A stretch of 64,000 nt of DNA from Takakia lepidozioides (Eukaryota; Plantae; Bryophyta), in contig CM060732.1 of assembly GCA_030704615.1 (NCBI GenBank), positions 54,002,001 through 54,066,000 on the forward strand, written 5' to 3'. Below are positions 22,989 to 35,649 of this stretch, piece after piece; position 1 is the first letter of the stretch, and every line of letters starts with the position of its first letter. Under the pieces are notes generated by a model. The model saw nothing but the letters and a program-made list of their open reading frames with translations, did no database searches and was not told the origin of the DNA. The translations under genes and the position numbers were made by a program.

Positions 22989-25510
22989 TTAAAAAGGGAC
23001 AGGGTCTGATTCCCAGTTGCGGGCACTCTCGAATCCATTTCGAGCATTGCGATAATCACTCACAGCCTCCAAAATCTGCTCATGAGTGTTCATCACAAAG
23101 GGGCCATATTGACAAACAGGCTCTTTCAGTGGCTGTCCACCAACCAGCACAAACCGAGAGGGAGTGTTGTTTTTGTTCCAAGCACTCAGCCCCTCACCTG
23201 GCCCCAACACCACTGTATGATTTTCGTGAATGGGCTGTGCATCTTCTGTTCCCAATGTAACAGTACCGTCCAGTGTGTACACAAATGCATTCCAGCCCTC
23301 AGGCACAGGTTGGTGAAGCACTGCACCTGGCTGCAGTGTGAAATCAAGATACAAGGTGGGCGTACGAGTGTACACTGCTGATTTGGCACCCAGAGCCTCG
23401 CCTGCTATAACCGCTACCCTTACACCATCCTTCTCCACCTTGGGCACATCCTTGTCCTGCAGCTCCTGGTAGTTTGGCTCTATCCTGTTGAACCCACCAA
23501 ACCCAGTTGCTTGTCAGTCAGGGTAATGTGAGGATGGCAGTCATCATCTACAAATACATGTAAGGCTACTTGTGACAAAAAAAATCTGATAATAAAGCTG
23601 AGTTGAGCACACATTTTGTCTTTGGAGGAGAGGTTGACCCATAGCTGCAGTCCCCGCTGTACTCCACGACTTGCTGGCATCTCACAATGCACAATCCCTC
23701 GCCCTGCTGTCATCCACTGATCCGCCATACATACAACCAAACCAATGTTTTAAATACACTTGCAGTACTGAAAGCATTTGCTGTGCTGAGCTTATTTGAA
23801 CAAATTTGATCTTGCATCTTGTCTTGTTCCATGACAGTAACAGGAAAGTGTAGATAACCTAAGAGACATGTAAAACTGGTTAGTTCTCTTATGTCCATCA
23901 GAAAACAAACCAAGTCCACTGTAGTGGACTGATAAATCATGAGGTGATGTTTTTAGTATCCTGAGATTCAGATTGTGGTCAGTACAAAGGAAAGACAATG
24001 TCACGAACAAATAATTCACATGTCAAGAAATCCATACCCATGTTTGCCCAGCGTATACGCTCCAGGAGAGGGAAAGAGTTAGAAGAGAGTAACATTCAAA
24101 CTGACAGTACTGGACATACATACATTCAGTCAGCCAGAGAGAGAGAGAGAGACACCTGCACATCACCAGCCCGAATGGTGCCTTTATGACCTTTAAAGTC
24201 TTGGTGGGTAGAGGCTCCCTGGAAAGATGCCCACGCACGGCCGAAGTGAGAAAAGGGAAGTGAGAAAAGGGTACCTCTTTCCCTTGTAAGAGTCACAAAA
24301 CGAATTGGGGCGATGAAGCGAAAAACCTCAAATATTCCAACAGACAAGCTTGTCTACTTCCAACAACCCATAGGCACACCACAGGTTCTTGTCTTTCTCC
24401 CCTTTCTCCACTTGAAAGAGATTTTAAGCGTTCTCTAAACTAGGAAGTACCTCAAGCATGTAAGTAACTGTCTCAAAGCCTGCAGCCACAAACCCAGTCG
24501 AAAGTTATATATCAGTAAAGCAGCACTGTGTTGTGCAATCACAAGTATCTCAATTGAGCAGAGCAAGCTCCCCATCCTGCTAGCCCTGGCCAGCAACCCA
24601 ACATAAACTGTAGGTTTTTCCATATTGGTTGTAAATGGCAATATATATGCAATCAACCACACACTACATACATACCTCGATGTGGATGGTCGGGAAAGCC
24701 ATTAGGACCAGCAACTGCACACAGCCCACAAACGTAGATCCCATTACTACCTTCCTTGTCACAAGCAGATGCAAAGCCCAGTTATACACTGAGAAATTAC
24801 TAACCTGTTCTCGGGTTTTTCTCCATCTGGTTAATGAAATCCTGTCTCCTTGCACACCTCTTACCTTTCATATGCAAAGAAGGACAGATGGGAAATGTAG
24901 CATTACAAAAAGGTGTGAGCATGTACTGATGGCAGGCCTTCAAGGAAAACCGACAGTATGAACTATTGTACATTGTATAGGTTATCACGGGCCTAGATCC
25001 CTTCTTTGACTGCCTGCTACTAGGGCAGTGAAGGAAATCGTCTTCCCCAAATACTTTGCGTTCATTTCTGAGGTGATGTAGCTGCACTTCCATGATCCCA
25101 AGAAAAACTGTGTCAGAACAGAGAGTAGCATTGCGTGGAGGCACAGCGGCTTCTGCTTATAGCCATTCAGAACGCCAAAAAATGTGCTCCGTAGACAAAC
25201 TGTTCCTACTCCTACCAAGAATGAAACTAACTGCATCTCTATTCATAACCTTGTGGCCATTTGAAAGGTAAACCTCCACGTACTAGAGAAATAGTCCAAG
25301 AGCAGAAAGGGATCCAATTGCTTCAATTCCGGCCTGCACACATCACCACGGAAACCGTTGATCTCCATACCACATCACTCCGTCTTCGGCACTTCCCGGA
25401 AACTCGGGGGTATTTCATCGATCCTCTGCAGGTCGGTGACAAGATAGATTGCCTAATCCTTGTACTCACATATCTGGGTGTACATGTGCGCATGTGTGGG
25501 TGTAAGTGTG

Positions 25511-25544
<34 letters not shown>

Positions 25545-25840
25545 TTTAGAACGTTAAGAAGAGAAACGGAAAACGATGATTCAAAGGGAAGCCACAGTTG
25601 CGTCTTCTACCACAACTTTCAAACGTGGTTCAATTTCCCCTCTTCCAAATTCAGCTGATGACATACAGGTGCATGAAGAATGGTAACGGTCGTGCAAGAG
25701 AGGAGGAGGAGAAAGCCCCACCTGCCGATACTACGTCTGACGCGTGCACCATCGCCCTCTGGCTGCTCTCTCGACAACAGCTTCTTCACTACCAGTCTGG
25801 GCTTGGTAAACGCCGATGGTTGTGAGCCTGTGCTCGCCAT
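22989..25840 (-). CDS. Pirin-like protein (bicupin), 7 exons
   Basis: MASTGSQPSAFTKPRLVVKKLLSREQPEGDGARVRRSIGR / PELKQLDPFLLLDYFS / GFPDHPHRG / FETVTYMLE / GASTHQDFKGHKGTIRAGDVQ / WMTAGRGIVHCEMP...GLQLWVNL / ...GPFVMNT...GFESARNWES. Canonical splice sites. Confidence 0.95.
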
Positions 25841-26649
25841 TGCTCTGATCCCCAACTCAGGACGACCCCAACAATTTCGCGCTAGCTCCTTTCCTCTGAG
25901 ACCCTCCCAATGCAGTTGCCACAGACTTGGAATTCGCAGACAGACCCGTGACGGAAAAAGACTGGGATGCGAGCGTGGCAGAATTTTATAGAAAAAGAAA
26001 GCGGATGGGGCGATCATGAGCGCTACCAACAAAACCCACCACAGGTAGAGGAGCTGTGAAGTCAGTGATTGACGCTGCAGCCTGCCTCTGGCCATATGCT
26101 AACTTCTACTGCAACATCCATGAAGGCCGGATGTTTCCTGTAGACCTTCTCCTCCCCACCTCTATTTCTCGCTCTCTAACCTCACCAGGATTTGACTCTG
26201 GACTCCTCTGTGGAACTGGGATTCCCCTTTGTCAATTATAAGCTGCCGATCCTTGATAAACTTACTAATCATCTGGACTGGTGCCCCACCAACAGAGCTG
26301 TTCACAACTTGTTTTGCAAAGTACATCACTTTGAATCAATTGCATAGTTTGGTTTCTTCTTGTCAACACATCTAGCCCTATCAGATTTTGTTTCTCCCCT
26401 TGGGGACAGTTTTACACATTTGTACAGTCACCCCACTTGGGTCTGTTTATAAAGCTATGTGGAACTACAATTGCATGTGATCTGGAAACGGAACACAATA
26501 AGAACTTAATGGACGCGTTCGATCCGATGGTACTTTCGCCGGAATCAGGCAGTATGGGCTCCTACTGCAGGGGCCCCTATCAAATCCTCCCCACCCCCAC
26601 TTACCCCGGATTCACTATTCTAGCGACCACTGAAAAGTCGGAGACGAGT

Positions 26650-26830
26650 TTAGCGTGGAGCACGAATAGGGTGCTATAGCGCCACGTCATCGTCACCACA
26701 TCATCATAGACACGTCATCGTCGCCACATCATCGTAGACACGTCATCATCATCATGCCACGTCGTCGTCGTCGTCAGCCACGTCATCGTCATCGTCATCG
26801 TCGTCATTTTTGTATGTTTGTAGCGGAACC
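26650..26830. mobile_element. Remnant transposon terminus related to the right end of the 46-59 kb element, with an expanded (CGTCAT)n tract
   Basis: GCGTGGAGCACGAATAGGGTGCTATAGCGCCACGTCATCGT... resembles GCGTGGAGCGTGAATAGGGTGCCATAGTGCCACATCATCGT at ~58927-58968. Both are followed by CGTCGTCA..TTTT.TATGT. Confidence 0.6.
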
Positions 26831-27059
26831 TCGTAGAGTCGGCAGCGATCAATGATCTCTTGTTGGTTTGTCAGGACAATGCGGCTTTCTCTCTCTCTTT
26901 CACTTAGCGCAGCATTGTGGGTCTCCAGCATCTGGCCTCTCAACCACTCTAGTTCATTCAACCCTCTCTCCTTCCACATGTCTCTCCACAACCAGGATGT
27001 TCCAGCCATTGTCCAAAAACAGCTTCAGTTGTACGACAACATCAGGGAGGCAAAGAGGT

Positions 27060-27905
27060 CCATATCTATGACCAAATTATGGGGGAAAGGCTGATGCCAG
27101 ACAAGGTCACGTTCAATTGTGCTCTCAATCCGTGTACAAGCCTGGGTGCCCTGGAAACAGGTAAAAGAGGTCCATGCTGCCATCAGCGAAACTGGAGTTG
27201 CAACAGATTATAGCATTCTGGAGACTGCCCTTATTGACATGTATGCCAAATGTGGTAGCATGAAGAATTCGTCTCAAGTGTTTTTATTATGGCTGAACGG
27301 GATGTGATCTCGGTTGTGCCCAGCATGGCTATGCTAGGGAGGCTGGGCGACTATTTGAGGAGATGCAATAGGAAGGCTTGAAGCCGAACAGTATCACCTT
27401 CATATGCATACTCTGGGCATCCATATGGGCCTAGTGGATGAAGGCCGTCACTACTTTGAGTCAATGAGTCACAATCAAGCCTTACTCCTACAGTTGAGCA
27501 TTTTGGCTGCATGGTGGACCTTCTCGGCCGGGCAGACGGGGTGGGTGAGGCAGAGGAGTTCATTAACAAAATGCCAATCAAACCAGGTTCTGTAGTGTGG
27601 ATGGCCTTGCTTGGTGCCTGCAAAATTCATGGTGATGTGGAGGTTGCAGAACGTGCGGTAAAAAGCATTCTGAAGAGTGATCCATACGATGCTGCAGCTT
27701 TTGTGCTGACAGTTGGCTTTTTTCGGCTAACAAGCACATCCCCTGGGACACCTATCTGCATCATTGGTAACCTTCAGGTTTGTGGTGACTGCGCACTGCC
27801 ACCAGGTTTGCGTCTAAGATTGTTAGGCAAGCAGTTGATGGAAGGAGTATCAACCGCTTTCACCACTTCTAAGAAGTGGTTTTTCCTTTTGGGATTACAG
27901 GTTAA
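27060..27905 (+). pseudogene. PLS-PPR-DYW pseudogene
   Basis: Frameshifted PPR motifs (ETALIDMYAKCGS, MVDLLGRA..EAEEFINKMPIKP). An internal deletion runs from E2 into the DYW domain (AAAFVL|TVGFFRL...NLQVCGDC). Degenerate GDY end at ~27891. Confidence 0.9.
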
Positions 27906-28609
27906 ACAACACGAGCATGAGACAAATGACTACCTTACTGCCAGAGGAGCAAGGCGGGCCCCAAACTTGCAAGCAAGGGCTAGATAGCCGGGCACCCGGC
28001 AGCAGGGGTCAGCAGGGGTTCTTCTCTACTCCTCCGCCATCTTGGAAATTGGCCCCGCCAAGCGGACCGGTACAATGCATTTGGCCGGGCATTTTGGCTT
28101 GCACCACAAGAGATGCTCTTACAGACAACATTCACAACTACAATCACAATCTCAGATCCTTGTCAAGCTCTAATCAGGTTGACTTGTTAGAGAAACATTG
28201 AGCTGTGCTTCTTCAACCCAAAGAAAGCAGAGTTGAAGACAGAGTGATATGGCTGTCCCTGCCAAAATTGTTGAGATTGGAAGTAACTAATCACATTAGA
28301 GACAGAGCGCACCAACCTTAATCCACGTGGCCAATGTTGAGATGTGTACATGTATGCATTTCGATCAACCTTTTGTACGAAACCATTGGTTTGTGTGGAT
28401 GCCAATGTAAGTTCTTCCTTTCATATTGCTTGTTTCACCAGTAGTCCCTACAAGAATGAGTGCTATCTCGGAAATGCAGTCTCTTCCATGTCAATGCGAA
28501 AAGATACTACACCCTTCTAGACAAATTGTCGAAACAAATAAATGGGGCTGTGTTTTTGGAACAAAGAAAAGAACTTCATCATTGAATCAAACGCAACTCA
28601 TGAGAGCCA

Positions 28610-31600
28610 TCATTTGGAGCGTGTGAGAACGGTGCGTGCAAGCTCGGCAAGGGCACGGCGACACTGCTGCACTCGGGGCTCTGTGCATGGTGGCAGCCCA
28701 GCAATGGCATCTCCTGCATTCCGAGCATGTATTGCTGCTAGCGCAAGTGTCCTTGCAATGCCACGACTCTCTTTCACCATCTTCAAAGCCTGCACCAACC
28801 CACAGCTTTTAACTCTACTGGCTGGCTGACTGGCTGGCTGACTACTGACCAAATTGTAATCAACATCAAAGATGCATCTGAATCAAAGTTCTGAAACATG
28901 GGTTACAGAGACCTGCATACTATTTACAGAAGTATGAGTTGCTCCTCCCCAGCCACTGAATCAAGAATTCCTACTGGCATCCAGAGTCCAGACGATATGG
29001 ACTACTGAAAAATGAAGGACAGTAACATGTCATGCAGTTGTGAAGGATTTAAGTCAAGGTTCAAACAAGTGAGGTTGAGCACTTTGGGCCAGACACATAT
29101 TTGTATCTTGGGAGAATGAACTGGAACGCAATAAGATTCCCAGTGCATCAGGATCACATGACCGATACCCCCTTGTTGTTGGGTGTGGAGTATTGACTTG
29201 GATGGCACCTTCTAACTTGATCAAGGATCAATCAGTGGCCATTGCACCTGGGAATGAACGTTGCTATTGGCAATGCAGGTGTTCACCCTGTTGAAGAAAT
29301 TGATGCCAGCTAAGTAAAACTCCACTTTGGCGGAGTGGTCCCAGCCCAAAGGCATCCTACAAACTGTTCACTACTATAACTTGTACCTTCACTTTTAGAT
29401 AGGCACTGGCATGAAATCAAACGCATCTACACACCATCTCGAAAATACATTTGAATATTACCAAGTGAACATCTCCTGGCTTCCTGAACTTCCGATCGAT
29501 GAGGTCAAACATCTCTGGATGCTCCTCTAAAGCAAACAGCACTGGTGCTGTTGCGATACCCTGCGCACCCATTCATATCTCATCTGAGCATCACTGCACA
29601 TAAATGTCTAGCTCAGAACAAGTAGGCTAGGGATCCCTTGTGCACCCTAGCGATCGCAAACCAAAGAATGTTGCACTGGTCTTATACAACCAAAGGATTG
29701 CCAGTGGAGCACCTGAGGGGAGTAGGCACAGGGAGGGAGGGAGACAGAGAGACACACACCTGCTGAAGGTCAGATAGTGCAGGCTTGCCCAAAGATGCCT
29801 TAGTGCCTGTGAAGTCGAGTGCATCATCCACCAACTGATAGGCAAGCCCCTGCCAACTCCAGTCCACTCATTGAAATAATGTAAGCATCCCACACTCCTC
29901 CACTTTCTCACAGATCACATATGACCCTTCTGTCACACTCTGAACAAAAAGTGGCCACAAGGCTACGGCAAACAACGTCTTATGAGTACAATCTGAACAA
30001 AAAGTGACAGCCAGAGAGAGTGAGCAGTAGCTGAATAGTCATGAGAAGTTCGAGAAATACCAGATGGTACCCATAGTTAAATGCAAGAGTGGCAACCTCC
30101 ATGGGTTGATCAGCCAGCAATGCAATAGACTTGCAGCTGTTGGCCATGAGTGAAGCCGTCTTGTAAAATGTCTTCTGCATGTAATAATCCATGCTGCCCT
30201 CCCCACACCAAGCCCTCCAAAGCCTTTATGTATGCACTCGAACTCTCATGGCTGAGGAAGAATGCTCTCATGGAAAGTGAAATGACACCAAACAAATCCA
30301 ACCTGCAGCAATCTTGGGTTTTGGTTGTCAACTGCATGATTTCGCCCGACACCAAATGCTCCAATGTCTCTGACACCAATGCTACAACCTTCCACCCCAA
30401 CCCCCAGCCGTCACTGCTGCTTGCTGCCCAGCTTCTAGACTAAAATAAAATTTCATATCCTTAAACTCCGGTCCCCAATCATCACAACAAGTCTTGCAGT
30501 GCCCCTAATCCTCACCTCATTGTTTCGTAAGGTTGACAGGCAAATTGATGCCCTGGCAAGTAAGAAGTCACCAGTCAGCACTGCCAGCTGCAATGGACCA
30601 TACACCACACACGTTGAACATGGCAAGTCAACATTTGATGCGTGTCAATCAGACAAACAACATACAAGAAACTATGTAAGCACGTTGAGTGCATGAAGGC
30701 TCATGTTCACCTTGTTACCCATGATAAAATTGAGGGAGCTTACACCTCTGCGAGTGTCAGCATGATCAATCACATCATCATGCAGCAGGGTCGCTACCTG
30801 TGCCCACCCACAATGTGTTAGCAGCTGCATAGAAAATATCCATTCCTTGGGATGTCTATGCTCTCCACTTATAGCTGCCCACTTTGGTGCTGCTTACTCC
30901 TGTTTCTACAGGAGCAAATGCACTAAGCAGTTAAGAAGACATCAATATCTGCCATTAATTTAGTGGGGATGACAAGTGACTAAATTGACATAATAGGTGA
31001 ATCGGACATGGATCATCTCTGTTATCTGTGCAACACGCTCTTGTCGCACACGTCGGTCATCAATTACAATCCCCAGTTCACGGACAGGTAGCATGGTTAG
31101 TGATGAAGCCATGAGCAGCAGCACCTGCACCAACCTACCTTTTGTCATCACTTTGCCACCACCTGAACATGCAATCCTCAACCCACTTCTTGATACCTCT
31201 TGCCAAGGTAATCATGCATGCTTCAACTGGACAGAGGGAGCTGCCATCCATGAGACTGCTGCCCAAAGCAGTCAATGCAGATTGAGCAAGACAACAATGA
31301 AAGATAATCACACCTCCTAAGTAACGGAAGAGCATGGTTGCAAAGATGTACCATGGGCCGAAATCGCTTGCCCTCAACACCCAACTTGAAAAAGTACTCT
31401 GTTGCTGCTGCCAACACGGGCACCTGTGCGAGCATCCACCAGTCTTCCATGACAAATTTCCCCCATATATAGTTCTTCTAAAATTCATGCATCCTGTCTA
31501 TCTAGACATGCCTGTAGGTTCACAATCTTTGGAGCCTTGCTAAGGGCAAAGATCTCCCACACAAAAAAAGCTACTATGTAGGCTCCCGTCGTCAACGATT

Positions 31601-31888
31601 GTTTCTTGAAATGTCCCCTCATAAATGCACATAGCTTCTAGGAAAGTCCTTCAGAATAAGAAGTGAGCTATACAAAGGTCACAGGTCACATAAAGATGCA
31701 GGGACAAGACAGAGCTGCTAAAGCACATTGAGACTCATATCTCCAACTGGATCAAGTCAGATACTATGGTGCAGGAAGTAGTTTCTTCATGAATTGGAAC
31801 TCTACCTCAGCAGAGACCATTGTACGAAGCTGTTGGGCCAGCCCATTAAGCTCATCAGCCACTAAAGAAAATGGGTCCACCTTCTCCT
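28610..31888 (-). CDS. Trans-prenyl (geranyl/solanesyl-type, GPS/PPPS) diphosphate synthase, at least 10 exons. 5' exons unresolved (probably extends to ~32360 or beyond)
   Basis: DPFSLVADEL; VPVLAAATEYFFKLGVEGKRFRP; QITEMIH-VATLLHDDVID..DTRRG (FARM); LAVLTGDFLLARAS; GEIMQ; YMQKTFYKTASL; GLAYQLVDDALDF (SARM); GIATAPVLFA; ends VLTRSK*. Confidence 0.93.
29954..29991 (+). mobile_element. Ultra-short 5'-truncated LINE tail insertion with 15-bp TSD
   Basis: GCCACAAGGCTACGGCAAACAACGTCTTATGAGTACAA, flanked by TCTGAACAAAAAGTG at 29939-29953 and 29992-30006. It matches the LINE end at ~11290-11330. Confidence 0.85.
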
Positions 31889-34800
31889 GCTACCACAATG
31901 TGAGAAATGATTTTCAGCCGAGATGGTATTTTGCAAGGACTGAATAGAGTGCCTTAAGACAGCAGCCTTGAAACAGCAATCAGTCCTCTTCTACTGTTCC
32001 TGTACTTCTTTGCTTCAAATTTCATTCTCAACAAAGATTGTCAACAGCAATCAGTCCCGTCTTCCATCGTTTTGGCTTGAGATGGTTTTCTAATATTCAC
32101 TCGTGACCACCAAAACAGCCTGATTACAACCTGACCAGTAAATACATTTTGCAAATAGAGCATGACCGTCAACCAACCTCGCAGTCGCTGTGAGTGCCTA
32201 GGTGATCAACTCCAAGAGTTGAATAGGGAGAGACACCGAAGCGTTGGTGAAAACAATTAGGTAGACATGTGAATGCAAAGGGCAAGCATCTCTTCTCCTT
32301 TTGGAAGGGGACAGTGCAGCAATATGTTCCCTTTGACACCCTCCATACTTGGGGTGCCTGCAAAATGAACAATATACTGTTAGGGGATTGAATGTTGACT
32401 TATGCTTTGACACAGGCTGATGATCATACTAGAAGCATCTCCTGCTCTGGGCCTCTAGATGTGACAAATGTGACTATTGTGACTGCACAGCTGGTCACAC
32501 TTCCAAGGATCAAGGAAAGGTGCGCTCACAAGAGAGCGATGCACAAAGAGAGGAAGATTTTTCTGACTTGAGAGTGGGTCAGCACTTGAAATTGGTGAGC
32601 TGGAAAGGTGATTCTTGTGTCTCTTGGGGGTCCACAACCTTGCCAATATGCAATGGCTTACAGCCCCCACATCAATGACAACCTTCCAAGAAAGCGTATG
32701 TGCTAACCAGATTAGAAATGTTCCCTTCCTGTTAGAGTACTGTGGCCTGAGTGCAGGTTGTCTGGTGTCCAAGACCACATAGAATGACGTTGAAGGTCAC
32801 ACCTACCTACACCATTTTGCTGCAGGCATGGCAATGCTTTACCATATTCAGTACCTATTGAGTCTCCTAGGAGAGCATAGGCAATTCGATACCTTCGTCA
32901 CACATTACAAATGGCTGTAATATATGCGCACCTCCTGCATGGAGGTGAAGGGTCAAGCAGGCGATACAGAATTATGAGGGCTGGGCAGTTATCACACTTG
33001 ATAATGTGAGAAGACAGGGAAGGGCACCTAATCCCAAATGACGCTATAGACTCGCAGAGCTCTTCAGTACCCTGTTAATGTCAAATGCACTGCAGAACCA
33101 CAACACATCTAGGAAAGGAAGTACATTGGAGACTGAGGCAAGGCATGTGGAAGAGAAAAAACTGATAATAACCAGAGAACTTGCATTCAAACATCTTGCA
33201 ATCAAAAGCAAGTGATCATAACACTTCTTGGATGGCATGGACACCTTTCCAAGAACCAACCAGTCCTACCGTCCAGAAACTGCAAACCAATGATGCACTG
33301 CCGTCGTCCTCTTCAACATGTTCCCACTACTCGCCCACTGAGGCTCCAGCGATCGTCTCAAATTACTGAAGCCGTTTTAAAGCCCTACAATTCATCTCAT
33401 ATAGATTATTAGTCAAAATTGCCTCCATACCAAAGATCCCATCTTCAAAGCCACCCATCACATGAATTGATCATGTTTCACAAAAACTAATTGCCAAAAG
33501 CTGACGTTATAGAAAGGTCCATCATCAAGGTGAGAGTCATCGGCCGAAATGCAATTTCACAAAGATAGATACTATCTATCGAACGTGACACGGTCTGGAG
33601 CTTTCAGAATGCAGAATGCAAACCAATACCCATAGTCTTCTATACTCACTGCATTCCTCGAGAAGAAAAGAAAGAAACTTTATAACTTCCACGGGAAGCT
33701 TAAAGCGTTTATGGGACAAAAGAAAGCAGGAGCAAATTAGCGAAGTGGATTGATCGTACTATTTTTTACATCTCTAAAATTCGATGTCCTGATAACACCC
33801 ATTGTCAGGTGCTGCTTGCCTTCCTCCGCTCTCCATTCTTACTGAAAAGTAATCGCTAGAACAGTAGTCTACCCGAGCAGGAGGCACAAACCTTTAACAG
33901 TCGCAAAAGATGGCGTCCTCCCCTCCCGGCTGCCTGCATTGCATTCCTACCCCCCCACCACCTCGCTTCTCTTTTCCCTGCATTCACCACCTGCTCCCCA
34001 CGAGCACTTTACAGCCGTTTCTCCACAAAACCCAGATCAACAACTGCATGATGATCTTGAATACTCTAAAAAGACCGTCCTTCTCCAAATCTTGGGCATC
34101 AAAATCTAGGTATTCAGAAGATGTTGGACAAAAATCCTCTCTTTGTTTCCAAGAAATGCTCATCAGCCAAACCAGGCTACCATCATACCATCACTTGATT
34201 TTTCGCTTACTTATGCATACACAGCCCATCAGCTTTCCGGGTACTTCACAAACACAACTCCATTCTTTGTTCTCTTCTAGGTACCCACCTTCATCAACAG
34301 ACTCTGAACGGCGCCCATCCACTCACACTTGTCCAGGCTACGGCTGTAATTTACTCCAAAGGAAAGAAAAACCAGAATGTATTAGCACCCCATCACCACT
34401 GACCACGGACATCGTCTACCTGTCCATAGCAGGAATCTGTCCGCAATTTGATTCAACTATGCAGGGGATGTATCTCCATGTTGGAGCTAGACTGAAAGTT
34501 TGCAGATTTGTGGCGGAGAAGGAACCACTATGAGCTGCTGGATGACGACACATTCATGAATGTTTCTCCTCTCTCAATCAATTACCCTTTCACGGTGCAG
34601 ATTGGTGTTCACTTATCATGTCCAGACTCCAGAACCTCACTTTTTCCTCTTTTAACAACAAAGGGGACCCTCACTTTGGTGCTACCTTTGACCTGTATAA
34701 GTGAAATAATCAAAAAATTCCACCAGGTGCACAGCACTAATCACAGGACCAGCTCTCTCTCTTGGGGAGGCATCTTCACTGAAGGATGTCAGATGATGTT

Positions 34801-35649
34801 GTAAGGTTGGAGGCACTAAAGTGTGGTAGATCTAGGCATTTCAAGTCACAAAGCATTTTTGCAGGATTGTGGGGGTGGCTCACTATCTCCAACATATCCC
34901 GTCACTCGTGCGGATCCTATTGAAGGAAGACAGGTTGTTGCCAGTCACTCTCAATTGACGTCCAACAATAACTCAACAATAACTCTAACAGGCGCCAATG
35001 TTTGTTCCATAACAATGTGAAGCCACATCTGCTCTTGACAGTGTACCTATTCTAGTGTGAGGATTGTGCATTTGGAGTGCAATGAACTCAATTCTGAAGA
35101 GCCTGAACATGAAATTGCGTCAGTAATTTTGACAGCACATGACATTCTGAGGTTGAGTCATCTCCCCACATGCAAAACTGCATTAGACCCAGATAGATTG
35201 TCTCTACTCTCTCTGGAGGAAAACCTTTTGCCTTCACACCATTCACTGCCACACGGTACCACTGCCAACAAGTACACCATGCAAAGCACCATGAAATTAA
35301 GGGACTGGCAGACACTGCAGAATATGGACCATAAACCAAAGAGCTGGTTTCGGTCCACACAAAATCTGCAGCCATACATGGATAGTGGATGGCCACAATT
35401 CTCCTTTGTCTCAATCTGTACACACTTGGACATCACAATTGTCACAGAGGTTGCCATACCCTTTGTGTCCACCTCCCCATTGCCTAGTTTGGCTGGAGCA
35501 TAGGAGAGGTGGGTGGCGGATGAGAAGACGGATGGGGCCAATTAATGGGCGGAAGGCCTTCTCCAATAGTGAGTCACCTCTGTAAACCTGTAACTACAAA
35601 TACCCCCAGCGCAATGCTATGAGGAAGCAATCTAGAGAAAAACCTCTGG

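Noticed and set aside
33910-35541. 207-aa and 148-aa ORFs between the synthase and VPS35
   Set aside because: No recognisable motif or exon structure; possibly highly decayed retroelement DNA, but not supportable.
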